NCBI GenBank assembly: GCA_002245135.1
Contig: NGBS01000294.1
Span: 124,001 to 188,000, forward strand
Direction of reading: 5' to 3'
Length of the DNA: 64,000 nt
DNA from: Proteromonas lacertae
Taxonomy: Eukaryota
Made by a program: the position numbers and the translations under genes. The first letter of the stretch is position 1. The number at the start of each line of letters is the position of its first letter. This document shows, piece by piece, positions 40,070-54,407 of this stretch. Below the pieces are notes generated by a model. The model was not told where the DNA came from, did no database searches, and worked only from the letters and a program-made list of their open reading frames with translations.

Positions 40070-40610
40070 ATGAATAGAGGGAAATCTGAGAAAAAAGAAG
40101 AATCTAAAGATACATTACCAAAATTACCAAAAATAAAATCATCAGGAAAACCCCCAATAGTTAATAGACCTGAATGTGTACCAGAAGTTAAATTTGATGA
40201 TTCACTATCAGATTCGAAACGAGAAGAATTTAAAATGAGTGGATGTATTCCTCTAAAAAATCCAGTATGTTTAATGAGGGATTTATTATTTTTAGTCTGT
40301 TACTGCATTATCTTTTTCAGAATATAGTAATTCTTCTTCTCCAAATGACTATAGTGATGCTGTATCTTATGAGGTGATGTTTAGAGACACAAATGTTGTT
40401 TTAACTGAATGTTATGAAAGATACAAATCGACAAGAGATGATTTAGAAAGGTTAAAAGAACTACTGAGAAGTTTGACCACTAAAGTTGAGAGATCAAAAA
40501 CAAATGAAGTATTTTTAACTTTATATATATGTATTTCTGAATAGGAAAAAGGGAAAATAATAGATAAATGGATTAACAAGTATCAGAATCAATATATGCC
40601 AGAAAAATGA
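40070..40610 (+). CDS. Small hypothetical protein with a coiled-coil C-terminus (multi-exon)
   Basis: ORF 40070-40327 plus downstream exons bounded by short GT-AG introns, ending ...YQNQYMPEK*. Confidence 0.5.
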
Positions 40611-40780
40611 GTAATAACATAACAAGAATAGTACTAACTCTGTAAATTAATCATTTTTTATGTGAATTATTGTGTTTATCTACTTAATGCAATGAATTTA
40701 TAGTATCTTCTACCAAAATATACAACATAAACAATATTATGAAACTAATTTACATTAATTAATAACTAACCAAACCATTC

Positions 40781-41747
40781 TCATCTCCTATGTTTAATTT
40801 TCAAATCTACAGCCTCACTCACTTTATCAATTCTATCAATCAAAGCATCAAACCCAACGCATCTATCTTTCTTATTAATTGGAACTCTTCTAATTTCACT
40901 GATAGTTTTCATTATTCCATTTGTGTTCATTAATTCACTTAAACTTCTTTCTAGATATTCTATTCTTTCTTTCAATCTATTTACTTCAATCATCAATTCT
41001 TTTGCTCTATCAATAGCTTCTTTTGATTTTTCTTGTTCTTTTTTAAGTAATAATTTTACACTATTATAATCTTCTAACAATGAATTTTCATCATTTAATC
41101 TATTATTATAACTGTTTAGTTTTTCTTGAAGTATTCTTATGTTATTATCTTTTAGTTTATTTTGTGCTTTTAATCTTTCAATCTATTTTACAATATATAT
41201 ATATATTATATTTATTAATATACATCTGTTCTATAATTACTATTCATATTTTCATAATTCTCGAATTCTTTTTTCAACTCTTTTAATTGATTTTCTATAT
41301 CATTTCTTTCTTTCCTTAAATTCTGATTTTCATCATTCTTTATTTCCAGTTGTTTCTTTAATTCGCTGATTTCTTGAATTTGCATGTCATTGTTCATCTG
41401 AAGATCATTCAGTAATGAATCTGTGTCTTTCTTATTCTTCTCTAATTCAAGTTTTAGTTTTTCATTTTCTGTTCGAAGTATATTATTATCATTTTGAAGT
41501 TCCATAACCCTTTTCTGATGGCTAACATCCATGATTTGTTGCTACATATTATTCAGCTTAGAAATACTTTGATTCTTTCATTTTCTAACTCTGATTCTAA
41601 TTCAGCAATACTTCTGTCTTCATTCGTTCTTTTAGAAAGTAAACATTCAATTTGGTTACATATTTGAGAATGTAGTCTATCTACTTCTTCTCTTTGTAAA
41701 GCAGTATTAAAATTCATTACATCCACTTCTTCATTGTTTTCTGACAT
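40781..41747 (-). CDS. Coiled-coil protein (3 exons)
   Basis: ORFs 41553-41747, 41215-41532 and 40781-41080 are heptad-rich E/K/L/N sequences separated by short introns. Confidence 0.65.
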
Positions 41748-41865
41748 ATTATTTATCTCCTTTTACAAACACATACAACACAAATTTAAAAAAACAGAAA
41801 AACTTGCAACGACTCTATTTTTATTTAGCATTTAACTTTTATTTCTTTTTTTCTCATTATATACT

Positions 41866-43553
41866 ATGCAACCGCCAATTCTTCCAATACCACCAGTTAT
41901 GCCAATGATGTCTGGAGCTGTACCAGTTGTTCCACCGATGAATATGCCTGGTCAAATGCCTCTTCAGCCACCAATGGGGATGCCTCTTCAAATGCCAATG
42001 GTTAGTATTTAATATAATTTAGTTAATATGTTTAAATAGACCAAGAAATGATTGCTAGTGCTCCAATGAATATCTCACAAGAATACTTTCACAGAATTGT
42101 ATTATAAGTATAATATAATATTATTTAATAGCCATTGAAGGTATGGGTTGGCAAAATGCCAGATGACATAGAAGATACTTTCGTTCGTTCGCTGTTAGAG
42201 AAATGTGATAGAGTATTAGATTGGGATCGTTATATAAATGAAAGTACATTCGCCACAAAAGGATTCGGTTTCTGTACATTCGAAAAAATCGAAGGTGTTT
42301 GGAGATGTATGAGATTACTAAATGGAGTAGAAATTGATGATTCACATAAAATAGAAGTTAAACCAGTAAGTGATGTAAATAATCTACTAAACCAATACAA
42401 AGAACAAATCAAAGATCAACTTCAACATAAAGGTGTAGTAGTAAGTAATGAAAATGATTTATTAAACGAAGAAACTAGGCTAGAAGATAATCGATTAAAG
42501 ATGTTTATAGAAGAAGAAATTAGCAAAAGAAGAAATATAGTTCACAAAGTAAATGATGGTAGTGGTAATACATACATTAATAAAACTGAAGAAGGTGAAT
42601 TAACTTATGGTAGGAGTAGTAGAAGAAGAAGAAGTAGTAGAAGTAGGAGCCGCAGCAGGAGTAGAAGTCATCATCATCATCATCATCATCATAGACGTCA
42701 CCATTCTCATCATCATTCTCATAGTGATGATAGTATTAGTAAAAATAATCCCACAAATAATAATAATAATAATAGAAGGAAAAGTAGTAATGAAGAAAAG
42801 AGAAATAAAACTAAGGGTAATAATGATAATTATAATAAAGGTGGTAGAAAGTCTAATAATGTAGTGAATCAACAACAACAGCAACAACCTCCATTGCCAC
42901 AACCACCACTGTATATATATATATATATAATTATTATTATTATATATAGACCAATTCAACCACCAACTCCAGATCAAAATTATGATAGAAATAAAAAAGT
43001 GGAAATAAAAATAGAATTGCCTTTACTAAATACAGCTAATAAAGAAGCAGAGAAGTTGAAAAATATCATTGGAAATGATGATGATGATGATGATGATGAA
43101 ATGGAAAGAAATAAGAAAATAAACTCAGAGAAACCAACACAGAATTTCATAGAGATAAAATATTCTGAAGAAGAAATAAAAGAAGCTGAAAAATGGTCTA
43201 AAAAGATGGAAAAATGTGCAATGGAAGAGAAAGCTAAACGATTAAAGAGTTTAATTGATAATTTACCAACTGATATTGATGGATTATTGAAGTATAGAAT
43301 TAATTGGGAGATAATAGATAAGAATAATATAATCAATAATAAAATACAACAATGGTTAGTTGATAAATTAAATGAAGTGTTTGGAATGTGTGATGAAGAT
43401 ATATTGAAGTTTATAATGTTGAAACTGACAGACCATGCTGATGGTAATGATTTAATAAATGAATTGAAAATGTTGATGGATGAAGAAGAAAGTGAGATGT
43501 TTGTGATAAAGCTGTGGAGAAAATTGATATTTGAAATGCATAGTTGCGAATAA
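41866..43553 (+). CDS. RBM25: RBM25/Snu71-like splicing factor (Pro-rich N-terminus, RRM, RS/His tract, PWI domain)
   Basis: RRM: KVWVGKMP...LLEKCDRVLDWDR...KGFGFCTF...MRLLNG. PWI: LIDNLPTD..GLLKYRINW...IQQWL.DKL.E.FG...FVIKLWRKLIFE. Confidence 0.9.
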
Positions 43554-43762
43554 AGATTTTGTAGTTGTTAATTTTTTAAGTTTTTTAATTCTGTGAACTT
43601 CTATTAGAAATCCAGCAAATCTCCCATTTATACATTATTATTTTATCTTTTTAATACCCGCTAACAAAACCATTCCTTCCATATCTCTTTATTTTCAACT
43701 TCTTCAAATTGGGTATTTCAAAATTTTGAATAGTTTTTTGCTCCAATTTTTAAAAACTGAAA

Positions 43763-46700
43763 ATGGCTTATGTGAGAAAGTATAGGCCTAGATGGAGTAA
43801 ATATGTAAAAGATGATGATATTGAAGTAAAGGTATTAGAATTTAACAAAGATAAATACATTAGAAGTGAATCATTAGACATAACTGAAGCTAATCGATAT
43901 AGGAGAAATGAAATATTTACAGATTATTATAAAGAAAAATACGATGAAGATATAGGAGAAATAGAGCAGGTAAAAGACGAAGATTTGTTGAATTTAGTTA
44001 GTTTCAATCGTGTATGATTATACTATATAGATTATATAATATAGATTAATTTAACATATGATAGCTTGAAAGAATTATGTAAAATGCTTAACAGTTTAAA
44101 ATTAGCTCATTTCTTGAATCAAATTTTCTCAAAACTCCAAGATGATATTAAGTTGATATATTAACTTAATTTATGATATAATTAATGATTACTGTAAAGA
44201 TGAAGCAATATTGTCAAAAATGAGAGAGTTTGTAATAAAGAATAGCATGATTCTATTAAAAAGACGTATAGAGTTATATTTATATTATTAAAAATAGAAA
44301 ATATACCATTTTTATCAAAATCAGTGTTATTGTACATACTACAATATAAAGATTCAAAGATATTGTTCCACAGTGAGTATATGTTGTGTGAAATGATATT
44401 TGAATGGTACCATATCAATAGTGTCAATTACGACAGTTATAGTGGCTATACAGAAATATTAAAAGAATTGATGAAGTATATTAATTGGAATGTATTGAAT
44501 TTAAATAGTATTTTCATATATATATATATATATATAGAAATTCATAAAAATATAGTCGATTTGTACATCAACAATTCCTATTACAATAGCAGATGTATTG
44601 AAGATATTAAAAGAATTAGTATTGAGAATAAAGAGGATAAATCAGTTACATTCCGTAATAGATATTATGAAGGAGTTAAAATTCCAGTTACTGGTGATTT
44701 ATATAGAATATTATATGATTTAAATAAAGATGACTTTATAGTAGAATGTGGAGCAACTGTTGAACATTCAATGTTTTATACTAATGGTATAATATATATA
44801 TATATATATATATATAGTTATTCAAAATGATAAACAATCAATTGACATTTTCACTTCCTTATTGTCACTTCGACATCTATTTAAATTCAGTTTATCTCTG
44901 ACGCTTAAAGAGTCAATAATATTTTCACATTATATCAATAAATTCAATCAATTTAAAGAAATCAATAAACTTTCAATATGGGATAGTAATCTGAGGGATA
45001 GTAATATTATTGAATATATAATTGATATTTTTAATAATTTAAAGTACTTAGACACTATTAATTTATATAATGACATTATCACTAAAGATGATATGAATAT
45101 AATATTTGAATTATTATTTAAGAAAACAATGAAAGCATTGTGGATAAGAAGTATAATTATAACGAATATATATATATTTATTTATAGGATGTAAATTATG
45201 TGATGAAAGTGTATTATATTTCATCGAAAAATACGAAACAAATAACCAAAATTTTGATAATTACTATTACATAGACACTGTTAACTTTTGTGATAATAAT
45301 CTAACAGAAGCTTCATTAATTCCATTAATATTATTCCTTAGAAAACAGCCAAATATGAAAGACTTGGGTTTATCGAATAATGCTTGGAATGATGAGGTAA
45401 TTACTTATTTTTCATTGTCATTATCGTTTTGGAGTAATATGCAAGCACTTTATTTAGCAAGTATAATATTATATATATATATATATATATATTTGTATAG
45501 AATTAGAAAGTGTAAGTGAAGAAGGATTTCTCTTACTGTTCACTTCAATGATTAACACTTGCAATAAGCTAAAAACATTAGATATATCCAATAATAAAAT
45601 CACATTAATACATGCATTTGCATTACAGGAAATATTGAAGAAAGGTACTTTAATTAATGTTATACTACAGCGTATATATATATATATATATATATCATTA
45701 TTATTATTATGTATAGATTGTGAATTAAATGATGAGATATTTATAGCTATAATCAAATATTTGAAGAATAATGTAAATATAGATTCTATTAGAATTGATC
45801 ATAATATTATAACTGATAGAGGTGCTTTTGCATTCGCTGAACAAGTAAAAACCTTGAGAAATATCAATCGCCTATTTTTATCTAGTAATTTAATTGGTAA
45901 TGATGGAATAAATGCAATTTGTGAAAATTTACATTATCGGAAGTTACAGTTTTTGAGAATTCAAGATAATTATTACGATGATGATGGACTTACCAAATTA
46001 GGTCAAACTCTTGGTCGTTTTATCTATTTAAGAGAATTCTTCATTGGTGATAAAGTGAAGTTATTAAACAGCAATACAACAACAGTTAACAGAAATACAA
46101 AAGAATGGACCAGTTCAATTGAGACAGAGAAAGGATTAGCAAAATTAATATCACATTTCTTTATGTTCAGGTTATTGCTCTGTTTAACCATCCAAGACAT
46201 TGAAATAAAAAGTGATCCATTAATTAATGAGCTTGCTACTGTGATAAAAAGCAATATTCACATTAAAGTTTTAACTCTGAAACGTATATATTTTTTTATT
46301 AATTTTGGATAGATGTATTCAATGGAAATAATAGCATTTTGCCAATTGGATTAGCATTAATGTGTTTACCAGAATTAAGTGAGTTAAATTTGGCAAACAA
46401 TAACCTCAATGACGACAATTATTGCTGTATAATCAAAGGTTTGGAGTAAATGTTCTACTGAATTGATATGTTTAACCCTTACAAATAATAGAATCACTGA
46501 CCAAGGTTTTATAGATTCCTTAGATTACTTCAAAGAGTTAAGTAACCTTCAGCTGATTTATTTAGATAGTATAATATATTTATTTATGTTTTTAATTTAA
46601 TAGAAAATCAGCTAGGTAATAATTTTGCAAAACAATTATCATTTTTAATGATTACTCGTTTTCACTCAATTACCCACTTAAATCTAGCTAGTAATCAAAT

Positions 46701-47276
46701 CACAGAATTAGGTGCTGTAGCTCTGGGTGCTGGAATAGCAGAATTAAAGAATTGTTTCAGTGTTTTTTCAATCAGTAATAACAGTATAAAAGATATTGGA
46801 TTAAATGGATTATGTAAAGGATTATACAATAATGAACAACTAAAAGAATTTCTTGTTGGGCGTATAATATATAATATATTATGTCTATATAAATAGAATG
46901 TGATATAACAGAAGAAGGATGTTTAGCATTGTGTTGTGTGTTAAGACATGGTAATAGAAATAGACTAATTAGATTACAAATGAATCTGAACAATATTGGT
47001 GAGAAAGGAACACTTGGCCTCGGCTTGTCTATGAAGAATTTGAAATATTTGGAATCATTTGGTATTATGTATAACCGAGTGAGTTTTAACTCCATGAACT
47101 ACATGTGTAAACAGATTTTACAGTATTGTCCAATGATGAATAACCTGTATTTGAGCTGTATAATTTTTTTCTGATTATATTATTTATTATAAATAGATAA
47201 TCCTTTGACTGAAAAAGAAAAGACTGAGATTAAAGAATTGTTCAAGGACTCTAAAGTAGAAACTCTAGAGATTTAG
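43763..47276 (+). CDS. BACK-like + RNI-type leucine-rich repeat protein (many short introns)
   Basis: N-terminal SEYMLCEMIFEWY...YINW (BACK-like). Repeated LxxLxLxxNxIxDxG units (SIRIDHNIITDRGA, LFLSSNLIGNDGI, LNLASNQITELGA). +1 frameshift near 46444. Confidence 0.8.
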
Positions 47277-47497
47277 AAACAGAAAAGTACTTAGAATAAA
47301 TATACGTGTAATAATTAAATCTTACTATAGACATATAAGTTTTGATTTTTTTTTTGACAATAATTGTGAATTTGTTGTAGTTGACAGTGTTTAAATAATG
47401 GGTTAATTTGGGGGATCGAAAAAACACAAAACCAACATCAAAATTGATTTTTCTCTTTTTTATTCTTCTTTGAATACATTTAATTTATAATAATAAC

Positions 47498-49208
47498 ATG
47501 TACTATTATAGGCTGGAGCAGGAATTAAAGTATCGTTAATCATATTTATTATATCAACTGTTTATAGATATTCAACGCTGATCATGCAATTCAATAGAAG
47601 GGGAATATTTTGGAGCTTACTTTGCTATGTATGTTTAGTTGGAGCACTTACTTGTCTTGGGTTCTTTTTCCCTACCTACACAATCAACCAAAGTAAGAGA
47701 GGAAACTATGAAGCAGATGTTACTCGAGAAAATGCAACATGGACTGGTGAAGTAGGGTTTTTTACTCCAAAAAATCGATTCTTGCAGATATATGTATACA
47801 TTTACTGTTTATCTAATATAAAATACTAGTCTGAAATTGCCAACCCATCTATAACAACAACTCAATATGTAGATAATATAAATGTATTAGTAACAGCTAA
47901 AACTCGACAAAATCAAACAATCGAAATACACAATGATGAAACAACCAAAGTATTGAAGTGTTATGCTAAAGAGCCATTTTGTCGATCGATATTAGTGTAT
48001 ATATATAAACATATTATAATATATATGAAAATAGATTTAATGAAAATGTAATTAAAGCAAACCTATATGATATAAGTGTGACATTGCTAAATATTGGTAA
48101 GAAGATAAAGAATGATACATATGAAAAGAATGGAACATGGCCACAGATCCTAACTTATATGTATGTAAATGAAAAATTTGTTTCTTTTGATATTTCGTTG
48201 AAATATTTTTTTGGTACAACAACTATACTTATATGTTTAATATACACAATAAAATTGTGTAGATATAAATATAGAGATGTATATATATATATTATATATT
48301 CAATTAGTTATTATATGAACAAAAATGGATCATATTTCTACTCCTCTCATTATGTTTTTATAACAATCCTTTAATTGGATTAGAAGTATTTTACTCCTCA
48401 CAGTTCTTTACTATGTTTTATTATTTGTCATGTATCACTTATTTTGTTGCTATTATGGCATTTTGGATGTTTGAATGCGATAGGATATCAGCAGGAGGTA
48501 TTATATTTTTATATATTTCATCATATATATAGATTCATTAATGAACAGATTAAAACCAAGGCGTTATGCTCCATTTAAATGGTTATATATTATTATATTA
48601 TACATTGCAATTTCTGTAGGAATAATTAAGTCACTTCATGAGCAAGAAATAAATATTTCATATGATTTTGTGAATGATTTCTTTTTAGATACACCATTGT
48701 TGGTTTTCTATGGAATATTATTTTCTGTGTATATTATTATATATAATTATTATTATTATTATTTATATATATATAGTTATGTTGTTATATTAATATATTA
48801 CATATATCGTATAATCAGAAGGTGGATTTATATTCAACTACATCACATGTTTGTATTTATTACCACTCTAATTGCACTTGGATCACTTATTTTTGGTTTA
48901 TTTACAATATCCTTTTTTATTGTTATTATTATAAGAATAATGTTTTTTTTTAACTTTATATTTACGGCTTGTTAAAACCATTACCTACTACAAATATAAC
49001 ATTTTGTTTATATCATTCTCTATTAAATACATATACATGGATATTTGCATTGTTATATTTTCCTATGGATAGAAAGAATAGTGATAGTAATGGTAATAGT
49101 AGTAATAATGGAGGTGATGATAGTATCATTGAAATGAAAGATGAAGGAGAAGAAGATAGTGAAGAAAATAGAAAAAGTGTAGTAATAAATATGAAGAGAG
49201 ATTTATGA
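47498..49208 (+). CDS. TMEM181 / Wntless-like multi-pass membrane protein
   Basis: N-terminal TM, lumenal domain, then FVSFDISLKYFF and EQKWIIFLLLSLCFYNNPL (TMEM181-type EQKW...NxP), followed by several hydrophobic helices; multi-exon. Confidence 0.7.
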
Positions 49209-49343
49209 AGAATAAATTAATTGTAGTTTATATAATTAATACAATTTTCCTTTTTTTTTAATTTATATTTAGAAAGTATTATATTGTTTGTTGGTTGATG
49301 AATAATAAAAAACTACAATAAATAAATCCAATATAAAAATAAA

Positions 49344-50782
49344 TCAATTAGTTTTTCTAAATTCTTTCACTCTTTCCAATACATTTTCTTTTACTTTTTT
49401 AAATTTATTACTAACTTCTGCTAAGTCTCTTTTTAATTGTAAATTCTCATACTTCAATCTCTCTACTAACTCCTCATACTTTTCTATTTTTTCACCTTTC
49501 TTACCACTTTCTAATATCTGAATAATCTCTTCATTATTCTTCAATTTTTCTATTTCAAGCTTCAATTTCATTATTTCTTCTAATCTTTTATCATAATCTT
49601 TATTTTTATCTATCAGAACACAATTATAACTTTGGACTTCCCTTATTTGTTGTTTATAGTCATTTATTTCTATTCCTTTCAAGTTTATTTCTTTCCTATA
49701 TTCTGATATTTGCTGTAAATATTTCTTTATTTCATTTTTAAGTTCTGCAATTGATGTAGTGTATAATTCCATTAATTTATCTAATAATATATAATATTAA
49801 TTTATACTGTAGTTTATTTCATTATTATTTATTTTGTTTTTCAAATGAGTTATTTCATTTACTTTATTATCATATTCTATTTTCATTTTAGAAAATTCAC
49901 ATTCTATTTCATTGTTCTTTTCTTCTAACTCATGAAGCTTGGCTTGATATTCTATATCCGTTTCACTTTCATTTGGTTGGATATTTATCTCATTTGTACA
50001 TCGATTCTGTAATTCCAATATTTGTTGTTCATATTCTTGCTTTTGTGTGTTAAGTTCATTTTTATATTCGAATTCCTTTATTCTTACCTCTGTTTGTAGT
50101 TGGTTAATCTGAGATTCATATTTTGATTTAATCTCTTCAAGATCTTTATTATATTGGAGTTCTTTGGTTAAAAGACAATTCTCTTTCTCTTTTTCAAGCT
50201 GAGCTTGACTAATAGCTTGATTTGAGTTTTCAGACTTTAAATCATTTATAATTAAGTCTTTTTCTCTTATACTATTCTCCAATTCAGCTTCTTTTATATT
50301 CCATTGTGTTTCTTTAGATTTATATTCACTCAATTCATTCTGTAGTCTTTGTATTGAATTATCATATTCTTTTAATCTCATTTCATAATTCTCAATATCT
50401 TCTTTATATATTTTTGTTTCTGTTAGGTTATTATTTACTGTTGATGGAATATTTATAGAATTTATATTTTGCGATAATTGTTTTGGCTCTGTATGATAGG
50501 TTGGCTGTGATGTGTATGTAGGTTCTGAGTAATTTGTTGTTTTTGATGGAATATATGGTTGCGAATGTGATGTCATTGTATTTATTGGTTTTGCTGTTTT
50601 GTTGTATGTTGGTAATCGTTCCATTTTCTTATTTGGAGAAGTAAAACTAACCAATTGGTTTGGATATCCTTCGAATAGTGAACTAATTGTAAAATCTGAA
50701 GATCGATTCATCCATTGATTCTGATGCACTAATAGGGCTTTAATTCGTCTCCTGAATTGTCTGATAATGGTTTACATTCCAT
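49344..50782 (-). CDS. Coiled-coil protein with S/T/P-rich N-terminus
   Basis: ORFs 49797-50729 and 49344-49772 are heptad-rich and joined by a short intron. The 5' end needs two +1 corrections near 50700-50740. Confidence 0.65.
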
Positions 50783-50965
50783 TCGTTCAAAGAAAGTATT
50801 ATTTCTAAATGATCCCAGTATATCTGAATCTTGATCATAGTCAAAATCAATTTCATCCAACACTTTCTTATCAGCCATTTTTTAAATTTATAAAAAATGG
50901 GGTTTCAAAATATTCAATAAAAAATTCCCCAACACAAAAAAGTATTTTGAAAAAAGACTTATATT

Positions 50966-52011
50966 TCACTTCCTCTTCTTCTTCTTACCCTGCTTTTCTT
51001 TTTTCTTCACAGCAATATCAATAATATCACTCAACAAGATTTCTTTAGCTGGTCTAGCGTTTCCATTCATATCATACAAAGTTCTTTGATTACACTCATT
51101 TGCCATGATTATCAACATGTAAATAAAAGCATGAATCACCAAATGGGCATAACCTTTCACCATATTTGAAGAATCTACAAGGAATAGTTTTCATATTTGT
51201 CTTATAAGCTTCAGTGATTAAGTATTTCTTATAAGGATCACGAATATATGTAGTAGAAGGCACAATGAAGAAAGAAGGAGTTCTACACAATGGACAAGTC
51301 CTTCTCTATAGAAAATTAGTATAACTAGAAAGTAATATACAACTTCACGAGGAATACTAGTTTGTGCTCTCCATTTTCTTATACAATCAATACAAAAGGG
51401 ATGGTCACACTGTGTTAATAAGCCAAATCTCTTTCCTGTCTCAACTATACTATCATCACATATAGCACAATGTATATCTCGAGATTGAGCTACATCTTCT
51501 TCAAATGACATTATTTTTTCTTTTGTATTATGAGATCTTATACAGTGATCACCATATCTACAACTTCCTTGAAGATAATACCTACAGACTTCTCTCTTTT
51601 TGTCAGTGTTATTGTATAAGGCTTGATAAACTAAATCATCTATGTTATCTGGTATATCATCCTCTTGAAATTCATTTTCTATCACTTCAGTAGTGTCTGT
51701 AATATCATTGGCTTTGTTGTTCCACACACTCTTGTATGAAATCATTGGTATATGTATCAGGATATTGAATGGATGAATTTAGAAAGTCAAATGAAGGAGG
51801 TGGCTGAAATAAAGGAGCTTCCACGTATGATGATTGTGTAGTATCAGTAACAGGCAACTGAAGGTGGAGATGATTCACCTAAATGTAAAGCTCCTGGAAC
51901 AAATTCTTTAGCATTAACAGATAATTGTGTTTTATTGGCCACATCCCTCAGACTTGACTCAATAGATAATTCATCATCATCTTCTGGGTTTAAATAAGTT
52001 CTACTCGACAT
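50966..52011 (-). CDS. MKRN: Makorin-family RING E3 ligase (PAM2 motif, CCCH, RING, CCCH)
   Basis: PAM2-like LSVNAKEFVP; CRYYLQGSCRYGDHC.RSH; RING CAIC...RFGLLTQCDHPFCIDCIRKWR...CPLCRTPSFFIVPS; CRFFKYGERLCPFGDSCFYLH. +1 frameshifts near 51860, 51720 and 51100. Confidence 0.9.
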
Positions 52012-52077
52012 GATATTAAATCATAATAAAAACTGAAAATACAAACTTGTTTGAAGTTTTTTGAAATTTTGAAAATT

Positions 52078-54395
52078 ATGGATAGGAATAACGTGATACA
52101 GGTATGTCTAATAGTTATGAAAATACATAGGGATTGATATCATGGATTAATACTCTAGAAATTCCCAGGTTCATTATTTGTTGAGAAGTATTATAAGCTA
52201 TTTAAATATTCTGTAGTTTAAATCACGTTTTAACACCACCATTTCTAATGAATCTAATTAAACATATATATGTATGATTTTATTTTAAATAAAATAGCCT
52301 CCATCACGTAAATGTTCAAATCTAGAAGAAACAATAGAAATGTTTGTTAAGAAAATATATCCCAAATGGAATTATAAACAAATATATGAAGAATTAGAAA
52401 GTATTATATACGATGTTTATTTTTTGATATAGATGGAAACCAACTGATTTTACAGGATTTACTGATATTGCTACACGATATACACACACATAGATCATTT
52501 GAAAAGAATCCCTATTCATCAAAAACACCAAAAAAGAAATTAATTCTGAGAAATGCTGTAATGCCATGTCAAAAGAAAAAAAACATTGAAGACAAGAGAC
52601 AAGAACCATTTTCATTCACGAAAGCTCAAAAAATAGATTTTTCAGACATTAATAATCCATCTTCAATACAAGCAATAGCCAAAACTACCAAAACATCCAA
52701 TTAATAAAAACAGAAATAAAATGGTCACAGTGAAATCGTTTATACAAACACAAAAACAGAAAACAACAACCGAAAAATTCAAAAATCTAATTCAATATCA
52801 CCTATACAAAGCCCACCCAAGGAAAAGCATATGTATGAATAATGATATATATTATTATTATAGTACAATAACACCAAATGGTTTAATATACAACAATTCA
52901 ATTTTTGATCCTTTATATTATAATAAATACTCAACTGATTCTACAGCAACAATAACTACAAAATATAATGATAAAGAAAAGAAAGAAAAAGAGAAACTGA
53001 ACTTAAAATCAGTATATACAATTAAGAATCTATCCAATGAAATAATGAATATAAAATGGTTAAGTAATTTAAATATATATAATAATAAAACCAATAATAT
53101 ATTAAACTTTTATAAAGAATTTCAGAATGGATCTATTCTATTGAAATTGTGTTTATATTTAGCGAAAGGGAAAGACTTTACAAATGGAAAAGAGTTAAAT
53201 AATAATAATAATAATAATACTAAGAAGAAATTTGAAATATCTATAAAGATAATAAAAATCATATATCCATCTATATCACCTGATTTAATTAATCTAAAAG
53301 AATTAGAGAATGGCAATGTAAATATAATTCAATCATTAATAAGTTATCTTAAAGAAAAGCATGATAAAAAGATAGAAAATAATTTACTAAAAATAAGAAA
53401 AACTCCCACAAAAAAGACTGTAGAAAATGATATAAACAAGAGAAATAATAATTATAATAATGTTTTCAAATTTGATAAATATTATTCCAATGTTCCTGAT
53501 ATATATCCTCCTAGTATCAATCGAGAATCAGAGCCAACTCAATCATCTTCAAACATGGCTTGATTCTTGTAATATCAGATTTGATATTATCACAAATAAC
53601 AACAATGATAATAAAATACATTTGTTGGATGATAAATTAAGAAATGGAGAAATATTATATGAAATATTGAAATATATTAATTTAAAACCAAAGATATTTT
53701 ATGCAACACCAACTACATTAACTCAAATATATAAAAACTTAGAAATATGCATGAAAATTATTAAAGATACATTTCCTGATGATTTTAGTAATGAAATTGA
53801 ATATTATAAGAATGAAATAATCATATCCAATAATGAAATATATAATATATTAAATGCATTATCAAAGAGAATAAATCCAACTAATGATTATATAGAAAAT
53901 AATAGCAACAATAATAATCAAATACCAATAAATAAAAATAATAATAACAGCTTGAATATATCAATTTCTAAACTAAGTGAAATGAAAGAGATCGTTTATA
54001 ATTGGCTATTAACCTTAAAATTTAGCATAGATATAAGTAATTATAGTTATAATATGATATTAAATGAAATACAAAATGGAACATTGTTAAACGAGTTAAT
54101 ATATATTATATTCCGTAAAAAGATATTGAATATAGTGACTAAGACAAATATGGAATATTTGAATATTATTAATGAATATGTGGATATAAATACAATTGTT
54201 AGTGATCATTTGAATGAATTTCTTCAGAATGATGTAACAATTTGGACGTATTTATTGTATGATATTTATGAATATTATAAAGCAAATAAAGGAAATGAGA
54301 CAAATTCTTTGTATGAAGAAGAAAGTTTAACTGATAATAGGAACTATGATATTCTAAATAACATGTCTCCAAGATATAAATTCATTTCATCTTAA
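52078..54395 (+). CDS. Protein with three calponin-homology-like repeats
   Basis: Three W-L-x(~20)-(F/L/I)xNGxxLxxL segments: KWL...EFQNGSILLKLC, TWL...KLRNGEILYEIL and NWL...EIQNGTLLNELI. Short introns in the 5' part; indels near 52682-52720 and 53520. Confidence 0.55.
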
Positions 54396-54399
54396 TATC

Positions 54400-54407
54400 T
54401 GTTTGTT
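54400..54407 (+). promoter_or_regulatory. TGTTTGTT putative polyadenylation-associated motif directly after a stop codon
   Basis: TAA at 54393-54395, then TATC, then TGTTTGTT. The same exact motif follows other + strand genes at 10565, 12631 and 49285. It is the known Blastocystis downstream poly(A)-site motif. Confidence 0.6.

Noticed and set aside
52700..52722. Three in-frame TAA codons suggesting a reassigned genetic code
   Set aside because: Explained by compensating indels. TAA, TAG and TGA all terminate conserved genes elsewhere in the window.
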